A stretch of 46,209 nt of DNA, counting the filler, from Dirinaria sp. TL-2023a (Eukaryota), in the NCBI GenBank assembly GCA_051941275.1. It is 2 parts of 2 records of this genome, joined end to end, with 100 filler letters (N's around TTAATTAATTAA, not from the genome) between each part and the next. Parts side by side here need not be neighbours in the genome. Positions count along the whole stretch, not along the records: positions 23,189 to 46,209 come from JAVEBF010000212.1; 1 more part is not named here. One strand, given 5' to 3'. The position numbers and the translations under genes were made by a program. The notes under the pieces were generated by a model, which made no database searches, was not told the DNA's origin, and was given only the letters and a program-made list of their open reading frames with translations. Each line of letters starts with the position of its first letter. Positions within the stretch are counted from its first letter, which is position 1. Of the stretch, positions 37,093-46,209 are shown in pieces.

Positions 37093-40000
37093 CTATCTTT
37101 CGGGAAGGACAGGTTTCTTAGAGAAGTCCATGGTCAAGATACGCCCAGATCCCGTAATACAGACAAAAAAGCCATTACGGTGAGCGAATTTCCAGGTGCG
37201 ACAAGCAGGAGGCAGCCAAAGCATTTTTTGTTCGCCCTCGAAGATCCAATCATGACGAATGCTCCAGCAGCTACAAGCATTGGACAATCCACACCGCGAG
37301 GACTTATCAGATTGGACAATCGGAAACCGACCTAAACTGGTTTCCAGATACCTTCCGTTCTCAGCAAAATCTATGACTGGCGGTCGCGCATTTGTAATCT
37401 CTGCAATCTTTGCAGTATCAGTGTTTAGAAGACCAAGGTAAGTGTTGTTCCAGACCGTTAGAAGTTTGCTGTCAGGAGAGAATACCAAAGGAGCGAATGT
37501 TATCGTGTATGAATCGTTGTAAATAGAGAGCGTCTTTATAGCCTGCCTCGTCTTAAGATTGTATATCACTATTGTCCTTGGGTCCTTGCAATAGGCTATA
37601 TGGATGTCATCTGGTGCAAAGGCAAAGTTATTCCATCTAATGCCGATGCTCGAGATGGTTGTATCTTTAATGGAGTGGAGTAAGTGCCCGTTAATAGCAT
37701 CGAACACTTTGATGCCGGAAGATTGTAAGCCGACCAGCTGCCCAGTGGCTGAATACACTATTCGGCCCCACCTACAATCTGGAGCTGGGAGTCGATGAAG
37801 CAGAACACCTTTTAGAAAACTCCAAATTTGGACTTCTCCATTGCAAGCGAACGCGAGCTGCTCACCTTGGGGTGAAAAGGCTGGCATGTGAACATCAAGG
37901 TCTGGATTACGAATGAGGAACTTGCATGTGATCGTTTCGCCAGCTGTCTCATGCTGAAGATCCCAGATACCTATCGAGCCATCTGCATAAGCTGCAGCGA
38001 GTTGTCTATCATCGGGTGAAAAATATGTTTCGTCCACGTGGCTGTTGTGGCCTCTTAGCCTGATCGCTACATGTGAACTCGTATCGTAAACTTCTATCAA
38101 CCCCTCTTCGTCGTCGAGGCGGAAAAAAGCTATGGAAGCCCCCCCAGGTGAATCGAACATTCTGATGTTTGCAAAGTCCGCGCTGTCAGCAAACAGGTCA
38201 TTTTCTTCAACGGCATTTTGAGGAATCACAGCGTTCCTCCATATTTGGATCACGGTCGACCATTTGCACGCAGTGGCCAAGCTCCTGCCGTCAGGAGAGA
38301 ATGCAATGGATACGAATACTTCTTTGGTGATCGATTGACAGTATCCGATGACACATCTACGCCCTGTCTGAAGCTCCAATAACTCAATGGCACCTTTGCT
38401 GTACACTATAGCCAACTTCTCAGCGTCTAATGAAAATGCTAGGGCTTCAACAGCGTAGCGCTTCTCGGAGTTTTGATAAGAGTTCTGTAACCCTGTCGTC
38501 AAATCAAGCAGTATGATTTCCCCTGTCGAGAACGCCAGAGCAGCGTATTTGTCGGAAGCAATTGCCGCATCACAACAACTACCATAATCTTGAGCGATTT
38601 GCAAGGGCAGTGATTTGGACGTAGTCGGTTCATAGATGTAATAACGTGAGGACGTGTCTAGCCCTCCGCGGCACTCCAATAAGAGCTTCCCTGTCAATGA
38701 GCAGCCTCGAAAGATGCATTGAGGATATTCTGGATGTAATCGTTCGGAAAGTTCATCTACCTTCCAATCCCAAATCCGTACTTCTCCTCCAGCCTCGCTG
38801 AATAGACCATGGCCAACTATCAACTTACCGTTGGGAAGAAATGCAAGTGGCCTTTCATCCACAACATCAACCGGTGCCAGAGTAGTATTCAAGTGTCTCT
38901 CGCGCAGGATTTTCCCTGTAATCGGGTCCAGTAGGCAGACTTTCCCACCGTGAAAAGCAATAGCCAGAACACCATCGGGTGAAAATGCCACTGACCACGG
39001 AAAAAGGTCTTGTAATACCAGTGTACTTTGCAATCCGCCAGTCGCCGGATCCCACAGACTGATTGTTCCGTCACTCACGACGCATGCCATATACTTGCCG
39101 TCAGGTGAGAATGCAAAAGAAACTACGTCCGATGGATTTTCGAGAGTCTGTATGCAGTTGTCCCAGTCTTGGGGGACCGTTGGAAGTTGATGGAGCCAAG
39201 CTGGAAGTGAATTTGAGTGATTTTTCCGGACCATACTGTCACGTGGGCTGAACACGAGTGCGGAAGCATAAACCTGTAGCGGAGATTCTTCAATGATGCC
39301 TCGATAACTCAAAATGAACCTTCTTGCGTCTTCGATCAGAGGGATGAGGCTTTGTACTGTCTCGTTCATAGTCTGCACATAAAGCATTGCCTACCAAGAC
39401 AATTATGAGCGATATCCACTGCATTTACGAGTGCACATGAGCTTACCTCGGTCTTCTGGGATATTGCGGTGATCATAAGCACTGCTTGGGTCACGCGACC
39501 CATTAAGCTCATCGCTTCCAGCCAGTGTAGAAAGTGTTCCTGGAAAAAAACGTGAACAACACCGTCATCGCAAAGCTTCAGTACCGAGTCCATTGTCGTT
39601 TGCATGAAGTGTTCCACCCAGTAGTTGCATGCATACTGGACATGTTTTGGCAATTTAGACTCCATTATTTCCCAGCTCACTTCATGGATTCGAGAGCCAG
39701 GTGTTGGAAGCTGACATATGCTTCGCGTTAATGATGTGGACATGACCGCAAAGCAACTGATGACGAGGTTTCCGTGTATCCATGCTTCTTCTCTAAAGAA
39801 GCGTCTGTCTCTACACCGCGTTCTGTCAAGCAGAAAGTCTCGGAAAGAAGGATGGAGTAATCGTATGCAAGAGTCAACGCGCGGAGAAATATCAAGCACG
39901 GAGTGTAATGAGTCCAAGCACCTTTCGACAGATTTGACTGATAGAGAAAGCAAATTCGCTAAGCTGATAATGGATAGCTCGTCAAAGAGGGAGACAAGAG

Positions 40001-41465
40001 TCCCTACCACTAATTGAAAGCGGTCGCATAGCTTTTCAGTCTCCTCTTGATTTCGACTTTCAACAAGAGACACCCGAAGGACTTGCCTGTACATACCATC
40101 GAGTTGTGTAGTTGACCCGTCGTATCCAGATTCATTTTCAAGAATACTAGACAAGCGTTCAACGGGATCCCAGCTTTTGTGTCCAATAAAACGGCAAGCG
40201 GTGGCGGCGTAGATAAATAGGCAATCTGCCTTCAGTACCAGCTTTGGGACATCTATCTGGTCGGGCCAGTCATCGAGGCCTTGCTCAAACTTGATCAAAT
40301 CAAGCTCGTGGCGCAAATACACCGATATGTCGTGCTGGACTACTTCGCGAGGGATGTCACGAAGGTCAAGGTCATAATGGATAATTTCCGGCATTTTCTT
40401 GAATCCGAGACGGATAGTAATCTCTGGCCTGCTAGTGACAAATATCCCAAGGTCTACATTGTCGATATCTCCGACCTCAACGAACAAATGAAGGAGAAGT
40501 CTTATATCATCATCAGAACTACATTCATCTAGTGCATCGATGACGAAATTCATGGTCGCTCGCCGTTCGAGTTTAATCTTCGATAAAGGTTCAATGATAA
40601 ATTCTCTCCATTGGTTACGGAGACCTTGTCGTACGGTGTCGCCGTGCGCAGAGATTGCATCACAAATGCGATGCCTGAATTGTGGTGATTGAGACGCTAA
40701 TTGATTAGCCAATGTACCCACAAATCTCGAAGCGTTGTTGGCCTCGCCGGAGCTGCGAGAGAAAAAAAAGCTCCCTCCCAACAAGCCTCTCCCGTTCAAA
40801 CTTTCAGCCAAGGTTCGAGATATTGTCGATTTGCCTGTTCCCGCCATACCGCTCAACCAGAAAACTCGCTGTTGGTGATGTGTGCGCCACTGTTGAAGAC
40901 GTTCCAAGACTTCAACTCTTGTCTCGGCCAAACATTTTGCCTCATACTGCCGATTGTATGAATTGAAAGAGGCGTCTTGAGCCATTGGTAGTTTCTCTAA
41001 CAGTCTCTCCTCTTCCGAAGTGATTTGCAAATCCTTCATGTCAACTAGCAGCGATGTCTGATCTGTATTGAGTGCGACAAGAAGTGTTGACTTGAATCTC
41101 TGCAACTTTGAGACCTACGCATCCACCTCTTTTGTGGTGAATGGCCATTTGAGCGCCCTTTTACCCACGCGTTTCATGAGCTTATCGCCAGCACCAGGAT
41201 TCAATTTATTTTCTAGGTACTTGATATCCAACAAGGACTGTTCTATCGTCCGTCCCAATGTAGCCGAGCTAGTCATTTGGGCATTCGCAGGCTGCTTTTG
41301 AAGTAGCTCTTGGAGCTTAAGTGACACATTGTGGTAGTCTTGGAGCTCGCTGGTGAGGCTCTGAATGTTGCTTCTGGCATCTTTGACGTTGCAATAGTAC
41401 TTCCAGATAATCGATAAGACCTTTGCCGATATTTCAACGACCGCAATCGCGGTTCCTGGATCCAT
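37093..41465 (-). pseudogene. NLR-like STAND gene: N-terminal helical (HeLo-like/SesA-type) domain - NACHT - WD40, interrupted by one in-frame TAG
   Basis: MDPGTAIAVVEISAKV..KWPFTTKEVDA*VSKLQRFKSTL in one frame; Walker A WLSGMAGTGKST, Walker B FVIDALDEC, LLHPSFRDFL, FLHWLEAMSL, PLQVYASALVFSP, many AFSPDG WD repeats. One intron from ~39447 (gtaagc). Confidence 0.85.
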
Positions 41466-42963
41466 TACAGAAACGATCTGGCATGAAATATTTAATTCAT
41501 GGGTAGAGGGAGCTTTTAGACGCCTGAATTCTACCAGCAAGGCGAGCGAGGATATCATAAGAGGCTGGGATTTTCCAAGCTTATGTAGTCATGGATGATT
41601 CAGCTCTATTGGCCGTGAGCCGTAAAACCCCACCATACCCCCTCGATACGGTCGACCAGTCAGATCTTCCGTGGGGCACTCACGGTCAAGACTCGAGAGT
41701 CCGAGAGCCTATCACTGCTCGCAAAACAGGCAGCTGCCAGCCTCAAAACGATCATGCAGACTGGTCCATACAATATAATAAACCGCCGGTTTATCGTTTG
41801 TATAAAAGCTCATGGCTAGGGCCGTCAGCTAAATATTATGGAATAGGGTTTCCCAATAGCACCCGCGAGCTAAGGTAAAGAGTCTCCCAAAAGAAGCCTA
41901 ATTCGCCTAACTACCGGGTGTCAGCTTCGCCTTAGCCCTGTAAGTTGACCGCCCTTGTCGAAACTTTGCAGCCTGTCGTCTCGAGTCCGCTGGCAGAAAA
42001 CAGCGAGAAGTAAGGTAGGGCCTGCAGCTAGATTCGTATTGTATCTCTTCATGCAAGTGCCTTGTAGGTGGCTCTGCTGCAATATTTGTACCCTTACATT
42101 GTCCAATCCTTGAATGACATGGAGCGCCAGAGGAATGTTCTTGAGGCGCTTGATGTACACGCTGGTATCTTATATCTGCTCATACCTATTTGGAGGGAAC
42201 ACCTTGTCACGTTTTTAGGGAAGTATAAGGTACCGTTACAAGACCCTCCACAACTTCTTGACCATCCTTTATAACTTGAATTATCTCTGAAGTTTCGCAG
42301 TATTCAAATCACTTACTAGAATCGAAGCGACAACATCTCGGTTTTCCAGAAGATTCTGAAAACGCTTTCCTGGGCCTAACGGGCGCTGCCGTTGGCGTTG
42401 CAACTGGATACAAATCATTACTGGGTCCATGACCTCTCTGAAGCGGTCGCTCCCGCTTATGCGCCCGCAGCCTCACGGCTGCTGTGTTCCGGTGCTCGCC
42501 TAAGCATTAGCTTGCAGTAGTGATTAGAGAGGTTACAGCGAGACTTGGGGTGCACCAGGTCGCAAACACAATTGTCTGACTGTAGAGTCTTCCGCATAGT
42601 CATCGAAAGCACGATAAACTATGTGAACAAACTCGGTAGTTTTCTAGGCGGACTCAAGTCAGAGAAATGTCGTCGTCAATCGCTCGGGCTTTTATCAATG
42701 AAGTCTACCATCGTTTAGCAAGCCCAGCTTGTCGAATGACACCTGCTAAAAGCGTTGACTGTCAGGTACTCAGATCTTTCTTAATGCAGGGACACGATGT
42801 TATTTAGTCGCTAATAGACCTGTTGATTGCTTGCTGCGCTTCCTCGTCAACCGTTTCGAGCCATTTCGCGCATGTCGCGAACAACAATACATGTAGCTAT
42901 CAACCTCGGTGGGTTTGCACTTTTGTACATTGAGGAAAGAGTCCTAAGGGTGCAGCAAGAGAT

Positions 42964-43515
42964 ATGTTTCAGAGACTCTCACGTCTCACAGCTGCTTTCA
43001 TCATCCTAAATCTCGTCGTCACGAGTAATGCTGCCATTGCTATGCTCCCCGCCAAACCGATACCGGTAGCTTTCTCGAGAGAGAACCTGAGCACGATTTT
43101 CGTGGAGACAGCGACGAGACGTCTGCAAAACATCACCTCTGACAAGGATCAGAACTTCCGAGACGTAAAATGCTACGACATCCCCGACGCCACCGTCAAT
43201 CTCCATTCATGCCAACCACTCTTCGCCAAGCTTTTCGAAGGCGGTCACGCATACGACCCGAACGAGATGTCGAATGGCGGCCGCTACCGCTTGGACTCCG
43301 AGCCTTGTGTTATTACGATTTCATCTCCGAATCGAGCAGACCGGCGGATCAGGATATCCATGGCGGCCTTGGTCTGGTACGCATCGGAGGTTTTGCGGAC
43401 TTGTCAAGAGCTTTCGAACGGGGGCGCCTACACTTTTCAGGGCACCTGGCAGGTCATTGTCACGAGAGACCCGTACATAGGGTCTCTTGGAGATGGCCGT
43501 CTGGCAGAAGATTGA
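42964..43515 (+). CDS. Small secreted Cys-containing effector-like protein (183 aa)
   Basis: Hydrophobic signal peptide, possible RR propeptide site, four Cys, C-terminal ..EVLRTC...GG..W.V.V pattern. Confidence 0.75.
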   Translation: MFQRLSRLTAAFIILNLVVTSNAAIAMLPAKPIPVAFSRENLSTIFVETATRRLQNITSDKDQNFRDVKCYDIPDATVNLHSCQPLFAKLFEGGHAYDPNEMSNGGRYRLDSEPCVITISSPNRADRRIRISMAALVWYASEVLRTCQELSNGGAYTFQGTWQVIVTRDPYIGSLGDGRLAED

Positions 43516-44559
43516 AGTCCTGGAGGCTGGAATGGATAGCTGCGTACTGCCGGAAAAAAAAGGGGAAAAGGAAAGAAAAAGCCGTTTGATTCAAAAAGGG
43601 GTGGCGGTCACATTATGGGGTCTCGGCATAGATTCTTCCGGTGGAGTATTTATTCTGGTTTCAGCCTTCCCTACCTTATGCTATCAAGCGTGGCTCGAAG
43701 TCATTGTGGGGACAATGCTGCCACTGATGCTTCTCGATTACTTGTTCCTTAAATCTCTCTGACATAGCTGGGAATATAGATTGCTCAAAATTTGCGTTAT
43801 TGGGCAAAATCGAGCGTTTGAAAGCTAAGGACGATCGAAAAGCAAGGCCAGAAATCCCTCAAACAAATAAACATGATCTTCGACGTACTAAAAATGTAAA
43901 GTTTCAGGATCTAGAAATTTTCAATCGATGTCTGACCGGCAAGAGCAACTCAAAAGGTTGAAAGAATTGGCGCTGCCAACCAATCAACGCCCATAGCTAA
44001 AAGTTAGGAAACCTGATTAGCAGATGTAGTCTGCACTCCAGTAAGCGAGAGGTGATTACAGTATATTCTACAAATCTTTGTCGAGTTTTCTGGATAATGG
44101 GTGAGTATAGAGGAATGGGTGGAAGGTAGGAGTTGGTAGGAAATATGAAGCATATCGTGTAATAATTCTTTTCCAAGCATGCTTATCCTGCTCGATTATG
44201 GCGGGCCTTCTCAATGCCATACAATATATCATGAGACACCTTTCTCAGGTGGATACTTATTCGAATCCTTCGTTTTCGGAACGCATGACTGAGTGCTTGC
44301 TCGCGTTATTGCTTGCTGACAGAGGATATAGCAGTCTACCTCATCTCGTCCAAGAAAGACTCGTTGCTTGGCTCGAGAAAGTCTCCGAATCGCCTGCCCG
44401 ATTTGGAAGATGGGCACTTCGGTGTGCTTTATACGATTTGACATTGTATGATATCAGGCACGGTTCTCCATGGGGCGTTTGCCTCAGTGGTAGCGGGTGG
44501 GGGAGATGGCTTGCCGCAGCGGTTATCTGGTAGATGATGATACTGTTTGGCTTCCCCCA

Positions 44560-45586
44560 CTAGCCAATCCATCCCTGCCCGATCCTCTGTCCTTGATACA
44601 GAATCAAGTACGACATAGTTTCAAAGCGTGGTTCTCCACTGAACCGCCCACCACTCGAGACGTCAAAGTCCATGATGATAGATGTCCACAGCACCCGTAG
44701 CGCAAACCTAGCCCTATTCCACGTTAATTGATCGAGCTCCGTGGCTCGCCACTCGCCGGTCATGCGAAGCCTGATCAGACGATCCACACTGAAGGCCGTC
44801 ATGTCCACGCCCAGCGCTTCGTTGTCGTGCTCGGAGCAGAATATCATGCTCTTCAGAAACGCCGTCAACACCTGGCCGGCATTGAGCGGCGGGCCGTCGA
44901 ATTGATAAGAAATCGTAAGATCTGGATAGTCAGGGCTGACCACTTGGCCCCTATCTGGCTTTCGGGCCTCAAGTGTTGCCCGACGCGCAACTGTAGCATT
45001 GTCTGCCGCTGCCACAAAATTTCTCGAGATCTCAATGAAACCGACTGGACCAGATATGGCATGTATGTCCGCTACGAAGGGGCGAAGGGGTGCGTGTCTG
45101 GTATGAACCGAAGCAAAATCGACACCGAGTAGATAGAAGGCCCAAACCATCTCGCCGAAGCGCACCTCAAGTTCTATTCCTCGAGCGACGAGATCGAGTC
45201 TCGAAAGTGGGAGGAGAATCTGCCGGCCTTGGTTCATGATCGTCTCATTGTCAAAGCTGGCTAGGTGTGACTGCAACAGGACCATGCTCAGCCAGATATC
45301 CTTCAAGTCGATAGTTTCCTCTCGACTCCATGAAACATGAATCCTTAGCCCCGGCGGAGGTGTAGGTTCGAGTAGAGAGGCACTTGTTTGGCAATGTTAG
45401 TCAATGACTAGCCGCGTAAAATTTCTGAGCTGGGCGTCAAGCATACTTGCTTGGCACAGAATGATTCGGAATCGTTGGGTTATTCTGTGACAATTGGACA
45501 GGCGCTGGGCTCAAGAGTGCCGAGACTGAGTTTAGTCGTAGAAGTAGCGCTATTGAAAATGAAACCGTGGAACTAGTCAAATTCAT
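44560..45586 (-). CDS. Secreted protein of unknown function (~320 aa) with two-fold internal repeat
   Basis: Exon 1 (45586-45447) encodes a signal-like MNLTSSTVSFSIALLLRLNSVSA. Intron 45383-45446 (gtatgc..ctaac..aag) joins it in frame to ORF 44560-45306. Confidence 0.72.
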
Positions 45587-46172
45587 CGCTGGCTGTGGGA
45601 ACGCTATTTCCTGCTGAGAAGCCTTTCAAGTTCGATGGTTTGCCACATTAGGTGCTTTGATATCCCACAAGCGCATATCGCAACGAGAACACTATCTTAC
45701 GTACCATGATACGCGCCAGCAAATGGTTGGGACATCGCATGGTAGGGTTTGATATCATTAGCCCTTCTTGACGGAGCACTCGCCTGCAACCACGAGATAA
45801 ATCACATGATTGGCAATTTCAGGCTCGGCTGATACTTCTTTGAGGGCATACGTGGTCGCTAGAAACCATTTTAGAAGCCTGCCACATATGGGGATTAAGC
45901 TAAAAGAGATGGAGAAGGGTTACAGAGAGAATTGCCTAGTCTGAATCAATGGTCTTGCATAGTATGTGACCTAAAACTTATGTCAAAGGTGCTCAGACTT
46001 CATTCGACTTGGAGGTTGAAGAAGGGTGAACTTTGACGTCATGTGTTTCTTGCCAGCTTGTTGGTATCATACTGAATCTCATCTGCCCGACCGCATATTC
46101 CCATAATGCAGATGACACCTCTTGTGTGATAGAGGAGCAATCCGATTTTGACCTCCAAATCGAACTTGAGCT

Positions 46173-46173
<1 letters not shown>

Positions 46174-46207
<34 letters not shown>
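46174..46207 (+). repeat. Poly(A) tract, 34 nt
   Basis: Direct observation. Confidence 0.9.
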
Positions 46208-46208
<1 letters not shown>

Positions 46209-46209
46209 G

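Noticed and set aside
44198..44533. 111-aa ORF with an internal gctgacag acceptor-like signal
   Set aside because: No coherent gene model or homology recognisable.
46174..46207. Poly(A) tail of a LINE/SINE or retrocopy
   Set aside because: No RT or Pol III boxes upstream, and the window ends before a TSD can be checked.

Overview
Intron-containing ascomycete genomic DNA. It looks like a Eurotiomycete, possibly a lichen-forming fungus such as Endocarpon, but that is inference from gene content only. An artificial 100-nt linker (44N-TTAATTAATTAA-44N at 23089-23188) splits the window. Left half: a decayed, internally deleted Ty1/copia element (two diverged LTRs, half-tRNA-iMet PBS, gag-protease only) carrying a nested solo LTR; a Cys-rich single-pass surface protein; then a housekeeping block (OLA1, GT15 mannosyltransferase, HIR1, VPS9-ankyrin-PX Vrl1/VapA-like gene, mitochondrial uS11m, TIM44). 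Right half is accessory: a PDR-type ABCG transporter; an intact SphA/FUM8-type alpha-oxoamine synthase divergent from a KR-tail+ACP relic of a highly reducing PKS, i.e. a collapsed sphinganine-analogue gene cluster; an NLR-like NACHT-WD40 gene split from its N-terminal helical domain by one in-frame TAG; and two convergent secreted-protein genes. Best leads: the PKS-less oxoamine synthase cluster, the split NLR, and an AUG-less, presequence-like N-terminal extension of OLA1.
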